DNA of 64,000 nt, taken from the NCBI RefSeq assembly GCF_964194155.1, contig NC_135897.1, forward strand, positions 94,612,001-94,676,000. Reading direction: 5' to 3'. Positions 1 to 13,629 of this stretch are shown here, in pieces. The notes below the pieces were generated by a model that searched no databases, was not told the origin of the DNA, and saw nothing but the letters and a program-made list of their open reading frames with translations. The stretch comes from Cetorhinus maximus (Eukaryota). Numbering within the stretch: position 1 is the first letter of the stretch; every line of letters begins with the position of its first letter. Both the position numbers and the translations under genes were made by a program.

Positions 1-39
1 GCTGACACACTGTAACTTAAATTCACCATTCCATCTCTC

Positions 40-150
40 TTTCGCTTCGAAGAAGAATCATAAGGACTCGAAACGTTAACTTTGTTTCTCTCTTCACAGA
101 TGTTGTCAGACCTGCCGAGTTGTTCCAGCAATTTCTGTTTATATTTCTTT
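40..150 (+). mobile_element. Penelope-type terminal-repeat fragment with degenerate hammerhead
   Basis: GAAGAAGAATCATAAGGACTCGAAACGTTAAC...CCAGCAATTTCTGTTT family motif. Confidence 0.7.
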
Positions 151-267
151 CAACTTGGACTGAATATGTTTTTTTTCATCGTTTTAAGGATCGATGGATT
201 TACAGGTCATTTCAAAGTAAAGGAGAAGACAAGCCCAGCTGCCAAGCCTGTACACGTCATTGAGTGT

Positions 268-1597
268 TGTTACGACCACAGCCGATGCTATTTGCCGAGC
301 AAGACAGATCCCGGAAGGAAACCTGTCTAACTGATCATAACCATTTTTTTTTGTATTTTGTAAACGAGAGAAAGGACTATGGATTCCAGAAGCACATAAC
401 CCCAGTAACACTTTTAGGGCTTTAAAACTGAAAGGTTTATTAACAAGAAGAAAACAAACTTAAGTACAGAAGATTAAAGTTTCACAGTTAAAACAGTCTT
501 ACAAAAATCCCCCCAAAAAACTTACATGGTCAAAACACACAAGTAAGTTACTTCGCAACAGCTCCTTAAAGATTTTTTATCATAAAAGTCCAGTAATAAT
601 ATCCAAGGTAAAAATTGCTGTCACTTTAGTAAGGGTATACCACACGACTTCTCCCTCTCTTCAACTCTACTGTGAAAATCCAAAAGAAAGATTCAGAAAC
701 AAAACTGTTCTCTGAAAACAAAGGCTTCTCTGCCTTGAAAACTCTATGGTTGCTTCAAATTCACAACTTTTGTACCTTCTCCCAGCACAGATCTGGTCTC
801 AGGATATTTCCCCCACACAGCCACCACAAATCAAGTAGACATCTTTGCTTAAATATATATTTTTCCCTTCCATCTTAGCTTTGATTGACCTAAGCATCTT
901 TGAATTCAACGTTTCCAGAGTATTAAAAAATTTCATATTTTCCTATTGCCTGCATTTTCGGGTCAAATATGATTTAATAAAACATTCCCCTGTTTACTTA
1001 AGAAACAAGTGTAAGATGTAAACGTCCCTTGTCACTTCTAAACTCCTCTTTGAAATGCAACAGCTGAAAAGTCAAGTCCCTACTTATCTCATAATGCAAT
1101 TTTTACCCAATATATTTACTTGTAAATCCAACCTCACCAACCTCTCATTACAAACGTAGTCTAGCAGCTATGACATTTAGGACCCTGCCAGCTCGGTCGG
1201 TAGTGGTGATAATGAGCCACTCTTGGTGATCGGCATTGAAGTCCCTCGCCCAGAGTACATTCGGCGCCCTTGCCACCCTCAGTGCTTCCTCCAATTGGGG
1301 TTCAATGTGGAATATTGATTCACCGGCTCAGGGGTCAATGTTGAGGACTTCCAGGGCAACTCCCTCCCGACAGTATACCACTGTGCGGCTACCTCTGCTG
1401 GATCTGTCCTGTCGGTGGGGCAGGACATACCCGGGGATGGTGATTGTGTTATCTGGAGCATTATCTGCGATGCTGTTCCATGTCACTCAGTAGACATCTA
1501 GAGAGTTCCATGTTGTAATAACCACATTATGCTCGCATCGCAGTTGTTAGTCAAACAAAGCAAAGCACTTAACAATAGCTTCTTGATGGTTATAACA
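268..1597. mobile_element. Probable solo-LTR-like element with a nested CR1 fragment (~1195-1460)
   Basis: Termini TGTTACGACC and GGTTATAACA form an imperfect inverted pair; no clean TSD seen. Confidence 0.4.
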
Positions 1598-1819
1598 TCA
1601 CTTAAGCAAAGGAATAAGCATGTTCCAGTTGGGCCTAGATTAGAAAAGCATTGTTAATAATTTCACCATTAACTCATTTAGGAAGGAGTAAACTTCCAGG
1701 AAGGATGGGCAGGAAGGTAGAGTTGAGGCCATGAACAGATCAGCCATAATTTTATCAAATGGCAAAACAAGAGGCTCGAGGGGCCACATGGCTTCTGCTT
1801 CTCCTAATACGTATCACAG

Positions 1820-3525
1820 AACCACAGAATCACAGAATTATAACGGCATAGAAGGAGGCCATTCGGCCCAACGTGTCTGCATCGGCTCTCCAAATGAGTA
1901 TTATGACCTAGTGCCATTGTCCTGCCTTTTCCCCATACCCCTGCATATTGTTTCAATTCAAATAATCATCTATTTATTCCTTCGATTGAACCTGCCTCCA
2001 CCATACATCCAGGCAGTGCATTCCAGACCTGAACCACTTGTTGTAAGAAAACAAAATTTTCACATCTCATTTGCTGCTTTTGCAAATCATTTTCAATCTG
2101 TGCCCTTTCGTTCCCGATCCTTTAACGAACGGGAACTGCTTCTCCCTGCCTACTCTGTCCAGCCCTTCATGATTTTGAACAGTTCTATCGCATCTCCTCT
2201 AAGCCTTCTTCTTCCCAAGGAGAACAGTCCCAAACTTTCCAATCTATCCTCATAGCTAAAGTTTCTTATCCCTGGAAACATTCTTGTAAACCTCTTTGGC
2301 ACTGTCTCTAATGTTTTCACATCCTTCCTATAGTGTGGCGCCCAGAATTATACACAATACTCCAGCTGAGGCCCAATGCGTGTCTTATATAAATTCAGCA
2401 TAACCTCCTTGCTCTTGTACTCTATGCCCCTATTAATAGAGCCAAGGATACTCCTGAGTATGTTTTATTAACTGCTCTCTCCATCTGTCCTGCCACCTTC
2501 AATGATCTATGTGCATATACACCCAGGTCTTTCTGCTCCTGCACCCCCTTCAAAATTTCACCCCTTATTTTATATTGCCTGTCCATGTTCTTCTTACCAA
2601 AATGCATCATCTCACACTTCTCCGCATTGAACTTCATCTGCCTAATCCACCAATTTGTCTATACCCTCTTGAATTTCCACACCATCCTCCTCACAGTTCA
2701 GAACACTCCCAAGTTTCGTATCATCCACAAACTTTGAAATTGTCCCCGGCGCACCAAGATCTAGATCATGAATATATATAAGGAAAAGCAAGGGCCCCAT
2801 ACCAACCCCTGGGGAACACCACTACAAACCTTCCTCCAGCCCGAAAAATGTCCATTGGCCATTACTCTCTGCTTCCTATTTTTCAGGCAATTTTGTATTC
2901 ACATTGCTACTGTCCCTTTTATCCATGAGCTATAACTTTCCTCACAAGTCAGTTGTGTGGCACTGTATCAAATGCTTTTTGATAGTCCATGTAGAACACA
3001 TCAACAGCAATACCCTCATTGGCCTTTTCTGTTACCTCTTCAGAAAAACTCCAGCCAGTAAGTTAAAAACGATTTCCCCATTAGAAATCGGTGCTGGCTC
3101 TTCCTTATCAACCCATATTTTTCTATGTGACTACTACTTCTGTCCTGAACAATTGCTTCTAGAATCTTGCCAACCACTGAAGTTAAACTGACTGGTTTGT
3201 AATTGCTGGGCTTATCTTTACAACCTTTTTTGAACATGGGTGTAATGTTTGCAATTCTCCAGTCGTCTGGCACCACCTCCTTGCTAAAGACGGATGCAAA
3301 GTATTCATTTAGTACCTCAGCCATGGCCCCATCGTCCGTGTGTAAATTCCCTTTTAGGTCTTTAATGAACCCTACTCCTCATTTTTCTATTCACATGCCT
3401 ATAGATGACTTTGGCATTCCCCTTTATGTTGGCTGCCAGTCTTTTCTCATAATCCCTCTTCGCTTCTCTAATATGCTTTTTTACCTCCCCTCTGAACCTT
3501 CTCTATGTTCGTATTTTCTTATGTA
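1820..3525 (-). mobile_element. CR1 LINE, degraded ORF2/RT and 3' end
   Basis: ORFs MKFNAEKCEMMHFG and DDWRIANITPMFKKG...NYKPVSLTSVVGK. Confidence 0.9.
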
Positions 3526-3615
3526 AAGAGAATTGAGAGTTCATATGCATTAACTACTGTCACAGGCGAACAGAATGAGAACGGAAGAAAGTGACCTGGA
3601 AAGCCTTGGAGATAG

Positions 3616-3762
3616 TTCTTGTGTTCCTAAAAATAATCATATTGGACTCGAAACGTTAACTCTGTTTCTCTACCCACAGATGCTTCGAGACCTGATGAGA
3701 TTTTCCTCCATCTTCTGGTTTCATTTCAGATCTCCAGCATCAGCAGCTTTTTACTTTTATTT
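3616..3762 (+). mobile_element. Short Penelope-derived element with 15-bp TSD
   Basis: AAGCCTTGGAGATAG at 3601-3615 and 3763-3777; GGACTCGAAACGTTAAC core. Confidence 0.8.
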
Positions 3763-4479
3763 AAGCCTTGGAGATAGCTGCCTATGACCATTCGATTATT
3801 TTCAATCTACAATGCTCTCATCAAATATTAAGTTATCGCTAACAATAAGCTGTCAACGTCTTCTTAATGTTGCAACTTAAACGTTCATTTTAACACTTCA
3901 GACTTTAGCTTTATTCTAGTCAAGCTACGAGTAGCCCGTCATTCATGTTCTATGTTTCCTCTCCACTTCGCAACAAAGTATAATTCTTCTTTTGTCTATC
4001 CAATTTCTTTTCAAATACATGACAAGATTATCTTTGCAGTTTACGCAATTCACAGCTCTTTCTAACACTTTTAGAACCGTTTCTCCTTTATTTGCTGATT
4101 CGTGAATGTAGGCATCATATTTCACTTTTCCATTCTTCGATTCAGTTTCAACTGCACTCTGAGAGAAAGTAAAATCGCAAACGCGACTTTAAGTAACCGA
4201 GAGAAACAATTCATTTGAGCCAGTAGTCAGTGAAAGAGAAGTCGAGATCTAAGCCTTCAAAATGCTGACAAACGCCTAGATAATATAAACGCACCCAAAC
4301 TATTGAACAATGAGTGTGGACAAATTGGACAAGAAATACATACACAGGTTCAACACAAATTTTTATAAGTGGGATGGAAAATTGGTGAACATTAAAAATA
4401 AAAAACACATACACACTTCACTCCAGGCCTCAGTGCTGTTCGGAATGAAATCCCGGGTCTTTGAGCCAGTGATGATTAA

Positions 4480-6390
4480 ATAACAGCGTTATATTTCCAA
4501 GTCAGGATGGTATGTAACTTGGAAGGAAAATTGCAGGTGGAGGTGTTCCCACTTGCCTGGTGCCATTTCCCTTCCCGGGAGGAGAGGTCATGGTGCTGTC
4601 GAAGGAGCCTTGGTGAGTTGCTGCAGTGCATCTTGTAGATGGTACACACTGCTGCTACTGTGAAACATGTGGAGTTGGAGGTGCAGATGGCTAGTGGAGG
4701 CAGTGAATGCTTAAGGTGGTGGATGGGGTGCCAATTGAGTGGTCTGCTTTGTCCTGGATGGCGTCCAGCTTCTTGAGTGTCATTGAAGCTGCACTCATCC
4801 AGACAAGTACAGAGCATTCGATCACACTCATGGTTTCTGCTTTGTAGATGGGGGGAAGGAATTGGAGATTCAGGAGGTGAGTTACGCTCCATAGAATTCG
4901 CAGCCTCTGACTTGCTCTTGAAGCAACAGTATTTATATGTCCTGTCCAGTTCAGTTTCCGGTATATGGTAACCCCCAGGATATTGATAGTGGGGAGTTCA
5001 GCGATGGTAATGCCGTTCAATGTCAAGAGGATATGATTAGATTCTCTCTTGTTGGGGGTGCTCATCACCTGACACTTGTGCAGCGTGAATGCCATTTGCC
5101 ACTTATCAGTCCAAGCCTGAATATTGCCCTGGTCAACCTGCATAAGGACATGGAATGTTTCTGTGTCTGAGGAGCCGTGAATGGTACTAAACATTGTGCA
5201 ATCATAAGTGAACATCCACATTTCTGACCTTATGAGGAAGGGAAGACCGTTGATGAAGGAGCTGAAGATGGTTGGGCTCAGGATGCTACTGTGAGGGCCT
5301 CCTGCTGCGATGTCCCAGGACTGAGGTGATTAACTTCCAACAACCACAACCACCTTCCTTTATGCTAGGCACAACTCCAACCAGTGAAGCGCTTGCCACC
5401 TGATTCCCATTGAATTCAATCTTGCTAGGGTTCCTTCTTGCCCTGGGGGAGAATTTCCTCCCCGTTGCGGGGTTCAGTGGAAGCGGGCACAGGCGTGCAG
5501 CCTGTGATTGGCTGGGCGTCGCCACTTTGCGAGGGCAGGCAAAGTAAGGCCCGCCCAGCGTGACGCACACCCGGAAGCGCTGTGTACACCTGGTGTGGGC
5601 ACGGGGAGGAGGGAGAGTCAGGGCATTCGCTCATGGAGCTGCCTCAGGGAAATTAGTGTGATTCTTCAAAATTTTAATAAATAATTTTTTTAAGGCGTCT
5701 CCTCTCATGTGACATGTCAATTAACTTTAATTTTAAAATGTATTTCATTTATAAACCCTTCATGAAACCTTGTCCCGCCCGTGGACGAGGCTCCATAATA
5801 AATGCGAAGGCTGCCTGGGCTCGTCGCCTGCCCAGCAACCTCAAGGTTGGACGAGCAGCTCAATTAATTACTTTAAATAGTTTTTAAATGGCCTTAATAG
5901 GCCTTTGGCAGTTCGGTGAGCGTGCAGCCGACTCCGCTGCACGCCCGCCGAACTGAGGATCAGAATGACGCGCAGTGATGTCGGGACGCACGCCCGAAGT
6001 CACCACGCATCATATCACGCGTCTGAGAGCGGGTCCCCGCCCCCCGCCCCCGCTCTCCAAGCCGAAGACCCTGCCCTTGGTGTCAAGCGCAGGCACTCTG
6101 GCCTCACCTCTTGAGTTCAGGTATTTTCTCCATGTTTGAATAATGGCAATAATGAGATCAAGCGGTTGAGTGGCCCTGGTGGAAACCAAACTGAGGGTCA
6201 GTGAGCAGGTTATTTCTCAGTAAGTGCCACTTGATAGCACTGTCGCTGACATCACTGTAAACTGATGAGGCAGTTATTGGCTGGGTTGGATTTGTCCTGC
6301 TTTTTGTGGACAGGACATAGCTGAGCAATTTTCCACTTTGCTAAGTAGATGGCAGTGTTGTAGCTGCATTGCAACAGCTTGCCTAGCGGT
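4480..6390 (-). mobile_element. CR1-group LINE (KLDTIQDKAA subfamily), interrupted by a MITE at ~5445-6076
   Basis: ORF 4691..5221 is an RT C-terminus; LINE sequence resumes after 6077. Confidence 0.85.
5445..6076. mobile_element. GC-rich non-autonomous DNA transposon (MITE, GGG..CCC ends, possibly PIF/Harbinger-like)
   Basis: Starts GGGGGAGAATTTC, ends GAAGACCCTGCCC, splits a LINE; internal segments recur at 10290-10780 and 23913-24063. Confidence 0.65.
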
Positions 6391-6399
6391 TGTTATTTG

Positions 6400-7790
6400 T
6401 CCTTTTCAACCCGTGGGCTCTAACGTTGCTCATAAGTCTGTTGTGTGGCACTTCATCAAATAACTTTTGGAAGTCCATGTACACCAAACCAGCCGCATGA
6501 CCCTTATCTACCTTCTGTGCACATCATCTGGAAATATAGTTAGATACAGCTTTCTTTTATATAAATCCATGCAGGTCTTCTTTAAATCACTTTCATTTGA
6601 CCAAACATATGACAATATTGTCCCGGACTACCGTTTCTACTGATTTTCCCACTATCGAGGTTAGTTGACTCACTTGATGTTGCTGGGCTTATCCTTGCAC
6701 CTTTTTTTGAATAAGAGTGTACATTTGCGATTCTCCAGTCCTCTGCCTCCATGCCTGTATCTAGGGATGATAGGAAGATTATAGCCGGTTTCCCCAAATT
6801 TACACCTTTATCCCCCTCAGTAGCTCTTCCAGTCCTGGTGCCGAATCAATTTTAAATACAACCAGCCTAAGTGGTACACATCTTTATCAATTTTAACTCA
6901 GCAAGAATCTCAACTCCCCCCTCTTTTACGACGACTTGTGCAGCCTTTTCTTCCTCGCTAAGGACAGGTAAAGTATTCATTTCGTACCTCGGCTCAGCCC
7001 CACCTCCTTGACTAAATCCCCTTATATGTCCCGAATAGGGCAGACACCTCCTTTTGACACCCATTTACTATTTACATGCACAGATCAGATTCTTGGATTC
7101 CCTTTCATATCAGCTTTCAGTCTCTTCTCACACTCTCTTTTTTACTCCTCATATTTGTTCCTTCACTTCGCTCTGACCCCTACACATTGAACCTGATTGC
7201 ACTTGCATTGTCCACTTGACATCTGTCAAATGCACCCTGTTTCTGCTGCCACTTACTGTCTATTTCATTCTCCCGGAAACCCTCGATTTATTTGCCTTAC
7301 CTTTCCCCCTCTTAGGAATATACCTTGACTGCACCCAATCTATGTCATCCTTAAACGCAATCCATTATACAGTTACAGTTTTACGTGCCGATCCATCTGG
7401 GTCAGATCCATTCTTACCCCGATTGAAGTTGGTCCCCTCCTAATTAATTGTTCCTACTCTGGATTGCTTGTTGCCCTTCTGCATTGCCAAGCTATACCTT
7501 AGGATAATCGCCGAACCTCAAATGTCCCCCTCCTGACACTTGACCCATTTGGCCCAACTCATTCACAATAACCAGATCCAGCAAAGCCGCCTATCCAGTG
7601 GACTGGAAACATAACAATGTAGACAATTCTCCTGATCATACACTGGAAACTATTGTCCCTCTCTGCCCTTCACACAATGACTATCCCAGTCCATATGAGG
7701 GTAGTTGATGTCGCCGATTTTAATTATTCTGCATTTCATGCACTAATGCGTAAGTCCCTTGCAAATTTGTTCTTCTATATCTTTCCCATT
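6400..7790 (-). mobile_element. Old CR1 LINE fragments (endonuclease to RT)
   Basis: EDWRIANV remnant and a GDINYP..DW endonuclease-like motif near 7680-7720. Confidence 0.7.
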
Positions 7791-7979
7791 AGTTGTAAAA
7801 TGAGAAAATAAGCACGAATAAGAGAGAAAAAGTAAGTTTAAGTGAGCAATATATCAAGCAGGAAACATGAGTTAGGCATCTCAAAAATATTTCAAAGAAC
7901 AGCATTCCATTAAAATTGCAATAAAATCGAATTGTTAAATATGGGCCGTGATCTCAGTTAAGTGCGCAAATCTAGTGCT

Positions 7980-8330
7980 CACCCTTGCCCCGCTATTATC
8001 ACATTCTGCTTTCTTGCCTTGTTACGATCAGCAACTTTTTTAGTCCTTAGAACTACCATTAACACTCCCTTTCTCCATCCGTTCATGACATCCTTGTCAA
8101 TCTCGCCTTTGCCCCAACCTATTGTTGGCCTTCGATCCAGCTTCACCCCACTTAAACAGCATAAATTTAATCACATTTCTACTTCTCTCTAGCTCTGAAG
8201 AAGGGTCATGCGGACTCGAAACATCAACTCTGTTTCTCTCTTCACAGATTCTGTCAGACCTGCTGAGTTTATCCAGCATTTTCAGTTTTTGTTTCAGATT
8301 CCCAGCATCCGCAGTATTTTGCTTTTTATA
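7980..8330 (+). mobile_element. Penelope-type terminal repeat with best-preserved hammerhead core
   Basis: CTGAAGA-A-GGGTC-ATGCG-GACTC-GAAA-CATC at 8195-8225. Confidence 0.75.
8195..8229 (+). ncRNA. Minimal type-I hammerhead ribozyme motif
   Basis: CUGANGA and GAAA cores, 5-bp stem II (GGGUC/GACUC), NUH triplet; activity not shown. Confidence 0.6.
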
Positions 8331-8789
8331 AACTGTATATAGTCTTTCCCCTTAAAGTAGGCAAGTTATGATATGTTCGAAGCAAAGGGATGAAATTTAG
8401 CCACAAATACAGCGACAGTGCAGGCACGTGCATCACGCAGGCAATGTGAAAAAATGATTGCAAAAACCTTGGGTACATTTCTTCCCCCCGAAATTGAATG
8501 TGAACCCTCCCAGGCTCTGGCTAACTCTGGGGAAGGACAAATCTGCCCAAGCCGAAAAAGGGCGGGATTCACCTTATTTACTAGTTAACCCGTTTCATGG
8601 GATGGGATGCTGGGGATAAACTGTTTTTGAACTCTCCAGTGTTCAGCTTCCACTTCCGATTGTGTGCTTGTTTGTCCAAAACCGTGGAGAAATTTGTGAA
8701 GTATTTCCTCTTTTGGGGGGCCTACTATGTATATCTAATTGGCCACGACGTTTCACTGAACAGCACATTAAAGTGATTTCAATAGAACT

Positions 8790-9450
8790 GATCCCTGAAG
8801 ATAGCAAGGCAGGTAGATAAGGTGGTTAAGAAGGCATATGGGATTTCTATTAGCCGAGGCATAGAATACAAGAGCACTGAGGCTGTGCTGCAACTGTATA
8901 AAATGCTGATTAGGCCACAACTGGAGTACTGTGTGCAGTTCTGGAAGGTTGTAATTGCACCGGAGAGGGTGCAGAATGCTGACTGGGCAGGGAGGTCTGA
9001 GCTTTGAGGAACAATTGAATAGGCTGGGGTTGTTTTCCTTGGAGTAGCGAAGGTTGAGAGGGGACCAAATAGAGGTGTATACGATTATGAGGGGCATAGA
9101 TAGGGTGGATAGGAGGGCGTTTTTCCATTAGTAGACCGGTCCGTAACCAGGAGGCATAGATTTAAGGTAAGAGGTAGAAGGCTAAGTGGGAGGTTGCGGA
9201 GAATTGTTTTCACCCCCATAGGATGGTGGGAGTCTGGAACTCTTTGCTTGAAAGGGCGGTTGAGTCAGAAAACCTCGTAACATTTAAGAAGTATTTAGAT
9301 ATTCACTTATGTTGCCAAAGTCTCCAGGGCTATGGGCCAAGCGCTGGAAAATGGGATTAGTGCAGTCAGATCTTTGTTGAACCGCGCGGACACAATGGAC
9401 CGAATGGCCCCTTCTGTGCTGTAAACGTCTATGAACCTATGAGTCTATGA
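8790..9450 (+). mobile_element. CR1 LINE 3' end
   Basis: LYKMLIRPQLEYCVQFW; tandem CTATGA-type tail. Confidence 0.88.
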
Positions 9451-9769
9451 ACTGAATAATGGGGGGAAGTGGTCATGTGAGAGGAGATGTGGTGCCATGA
9501 TCTTTTGATAGAAGAGCGTTGCTGCTATAAAAAACATCTTTATTGCTACTGGTGATAAAGAAGAAATGAAAAATTTATAGGTTTCACTTAGTTGAATGGC
9601 AAATGTATGGAATGACAGTATTCATAAAATAACAAAGCAAGGGAATTATATCGACCTGGTTGCCCTAATGTATGAGAGTTCATTACAAAAGGGAACGCAA
9701 TTAACTAACTTGTAAAGTTCAAACAAATCATTGTGAAATGAAGTTGCATTTTAAGCTTTGTTTATTCAT

Positions 9770-10782
9770 GGGTGGAATTTCCCAGCCCCGTTTCGGCAAG
9801 AGCCAATCAAAAGGCGAATGGGCGGAATTTTACATCCCGTGGCAGGCGCGCACCCAAAGATGGCGGAGGCGGCGCGGCGGTTGGTGCGGAAAGTGGTGAC
9901 CGGCGGCCCCAAGCTCGCCCTGGCTGCTGCTAATTACTCTAAACCACGGCTGACTACCTTCTGGAAATATGCTCGGGTGGTGCTGACTCCTCCAACTCCT
10001 GGAAAAATCCAAGTTGCTGTTGAAAGCTTCAAGGGTCTTGTGGCATCATTTAAGGCTGGAAGTTACAAACAAATAACTGTAAAGGATGCCCTGAGGAACA
10101 CACTTGTGGCCACGGAAATTGTGATGTGGTTTTACATTGGCGAGGTCATTGGCCGAAGAAGCCTGATTGGATATAATGTCTGAACTCTACCCTGTGTTGG
10201 ACCAGCATTTCATTGTAAATGAATGAATAATATTTCAAATTAAATAAAGCCATTATTAGGACTAAAAATAAAAAAAATAAAAAATAACGTTGGACGAATC
10301 GGCCAGGCGGTCTTTTGATTTGTTTAGCAAACCTCATCCACGGGCGCGACGACGTTTCCACAATTAAATAAAAAATAAATATAAATTAATTTTTGGGCGG
10401 ATTATTTATTCTGTTTAAGTTATTGTGAGTTAGTCCCACCTTGAGACATGTTTTTTCAGATTTTATTAATACTTAATTTTGATTTTAAAATTGATCAGCC
10501 CCCCAAGGCAGTTCCATGAATTCAGGAGGCTTTCAGGGCTCTCCCATGCCCGCACTGACATCAGCACTCGCACTCCTCCTGCCCCCATCCCAGCAGCGCT
10601 GAGCTTTTCAGCGCGCCTTTCACGCTGGCCCTTAATTGGTCAGCCTGAGTGAAATCGTTGTTGGGGGCCAATTACGAGCGGGAGACGGTTTCCCGGCTGC
10701 TCCTGGCGCACCCAACGACCCGAAAACCAGCCCACTGACTTCGGCAGGACCATCGAACCCTGCCGGCATAAGATTCGGCCCC
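9770..10782. mobile_element. MITE (same family as 5445-6076) hosting the ATP5MG retrocopy
   Basis: GGGTGGAATTT and GGGCGGAATTTTAC at the left, AAGATTCGGCCC at the right; AACCTCATCCACGGGC is a near reverse complement of ~5778-5793. Confidence 0.6.
9860..10183 (+). pseudogene. ATP5MG: Processed retrocopy of mitochondrial ATP synthase subunit g; open 107-aa ORF
   Basis: YSKPRLTTFWKYARV.LTPPTP...MWFYIGEVIGRRSLIGYNV matches the ATP5MG/ATP5L family. No introns, AATAAA at 10243-10248, A-rich tail at 10264-10287. Confidence 0.93.
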
Positions 10783-11094
10783 ATGTAATTCAGAAATGTA
10801 TGATGGGATGGACAGCAGAATAGAGCTGAGGCACTATCTAATTGAATGACGAGCAGGCTCAAGGGGCCGGATGACCTAATCCTGCTCCTCATTCTTATGC
10901 CCTCGAATTCATGTGGATTGTCACAAAGAGCAAGTGAAAGAAACATATAAAACATGGCAATCTATACACATGCCTTGGATTTGATTTTTTTAAATGTCTG
11001 GTCAGCTTTTATACAGAGGTCTGACGTTTATCCTGAATGATTCTTCAAATTATTCAAGTATTAACTGTAAAGTGTAAAGGAAGTAAAGTGTAAA

Positions 11095-12525
11095 TGAGGC
11101 ATCCCCCGGATATGTAGAAAATTGCCCAGGAATGTCCTGTACACAAAACGCTGGATAAATCCAACCCGGCCAACCCATCAGTCAACCCTCCATCATCAGT
11201 AACGTAATGGAAGGAGTCATCAACAGTGCTATCAAGTGGCACTTGCTTAGCAATAATCTGTTCACTGAAGCCCAGTTTGGGTTCCACCAGGGCAACTCAG
11301 CTCCTGACATCATTACAGCTTTGGCTCAAACATTGACAAAAGAGCAGAACACCAGAGGCGAGATGAGAATTACAGACCTTGACATCAAGGGCGCATTTGA
11401 CTGAGTGTGGCATCAAGGAGCCCTAGCAAAACTTGAGTTAATGGGAATCAGGGGGAAAACTCTCCACTGGTCGAAGTCATACCTAGCACAAAGGAAGGTG
11501 GTTGTGGTTGTTGGAGGTCAGTCACCCCAGCTCCAGGACATCACTGCAGGAGTTCCTAAGGGTAGTGTCCTTGTCCCAACCATCTTCATCAATGACCTTC
11601 CTTCCATCATAAGGTCAGAAGTGAGGATTTTTATTGATTATTGCACAATGTTCAGCGCCATTTGCGACTCCTCAGATACTGAAACAGCCCATGTCCACAT
11701 GCAGCTAGGCCTGGACAACATCTAGGCTTGGGCTTAAAAGTGGTAAGCAACATTCACACCACAGAAGTGTCACGCAATGACCATTTCCAACAAGAGAGGA
11801 TCCAACCATAGTCCCTCAATGTTCAATGGCATTACCATCACTGATTCCCCCACTACAAACATTCTTGGGGGTTACCATTGAAGAGAAACTGAACTTGGCT
11901 AGCCATATAAATACTGTGACTACAAGGGCAGGCCAGATGGCTAGGAATCGTGTGATGAGCAAATCACCTCCTGACTCCCCAAAGCCTGTCCACCATCTAC
12001 AACGCACAAGTCAGGAGTGTGATGGGATGCTCCCCACTTGCCTAGATAAGTGCAGCTCCCACAACACTCAAGGAGCTTGACACCATCTAGGACAAAGCAG
12101 CCCACTTGAATAGCACTGCATCCACAAACATTCACTCCCTCCGCCACCGACACACAGTAGCAGCAGTGTGTACCATCTACAAGATGTACTGCAGGAACTC
12201 ACCAAGGCTACTTCGACAGCACCTTCCAAACCCACGACCCCTTCCATCTAGGACAAGGGCAGCAGACAGATGGGAACATCACCATCTGGAAGTTCCCCTC
12301 AAAGTGACTCAATATCCTGACTTGGAAATATATCACCGTTCCTTCACTGTCGCTGGGCCAAAGTTTTGGACCTCCCTCCCTAACAGCACTGTGGTGTACC
12401 TACACCACATGGGCTGCAATGGCCCAAGGAGACAGCTCACCACCACCTTCTCAAGGGCAACTAGGGATGGCCAGTAGATGCTGGCCCAGCCAGCGAAGCT
12501 CACATCCCGTGAAAGAATAACAAAA
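11095..12525 (+). mobile_element. CR1-group LINE, RT and 3' end (outer edge of left arm)
   Basis: QFGFHQG, DIKGAFD, GVPKGSVL remnants; partial mirror at 39495-40305. Confidence 0.9.
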
Positions 12526-13629
12526 ACTAATGTATGTGTGGCATGCCCAATTATCTTTGAATACAGACTTGAAAGAACATTACTGAGTTAGAGGTAGATA
12601 AAGGATCTAATCGTATATATAAATATCCTGTAACTTGCATGCAACAGCGGTTAATAATTTCAAGAAGTACATACAGTCCTCAACTGTGGGAATGTATGGG
12701 CACATGCTCCTACTGCCAACACATTTGTGAAACATTATGTGTTACATGGCAAATCAAAAGCTTTCCTGCTTGACGTTAATAGTACAGCGGGTAGGTATCT
12801 GAACCCCTACCTCGGCAGCTGCTCTTTCTCAGTCGACAGCATATAAACTACATTCCGCGAATAGAAAACACTGATGAATAAAAAATCAATAACTGTGAAC
12901 TGGCCCAATCCTGTCACAGGCTGGGCAGTCATTGGCAGCAATCAAGACAGGCGGAACCCCTGTGTTTCCCCTATTTAATTCAACCACAACAGTAAGGATA
13001 GGGATGTTAGAGGAAACATTTATAGAAACATGTGTGAACTGCGTTTGGTACCCATTGAAACACAAGATGAAATTGGCGTCAGAAAAAGCAGCACAATGCA
13101 AATAATTGATTTGATGTTGGGCACTAGGAAATCCCTGAGAAGATTTTCGAAATCTTTCAGCTACTTGGTGATGAAAGCTTGTATGTACTCACTGTTAAAT
13201 GTGAAGTACATTTGTCATTTCACAATGCTGCAGCAGAATGAAACCACTAAGCCACACCGAATGCTATACTAACTAGGCCAGTTAAATCTGCCTGGATATT
13301 CCATGTCATCTATAACCAACAAATGTGCGTCAACTCCATTAAATAATAAAATGATTTTTTTAAAAACTCTTGTGTTTAAATTGGCATCAAGTGCAGTCCA
13401 CATATGTTTCCAAACATCTATTCTTAAACATCGCTATCCTTATGGTGACATTAATTATTGTCGACAAATGACGTAAACAAATGTTTCAATAAATTATGAA
13501 TAACTGCCGGATGAAGAACTTCAATATCAATCAGGCCAAATTTGATTAAACTCGATAAAACAGGGAGAAATTGCTTCAAGTATTGAGCAATAATCTCACC
13601 GCTTGTCATCTTGCATCACAGCTGCTTAA

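Noticed and set aside
9758-9859. 34-aa N-terminal extension of the ATP5MG ORF in the track
   Set aside because: It begins at TTG and lies mostly in MITE sequence. The homologous start is ATG 9860.
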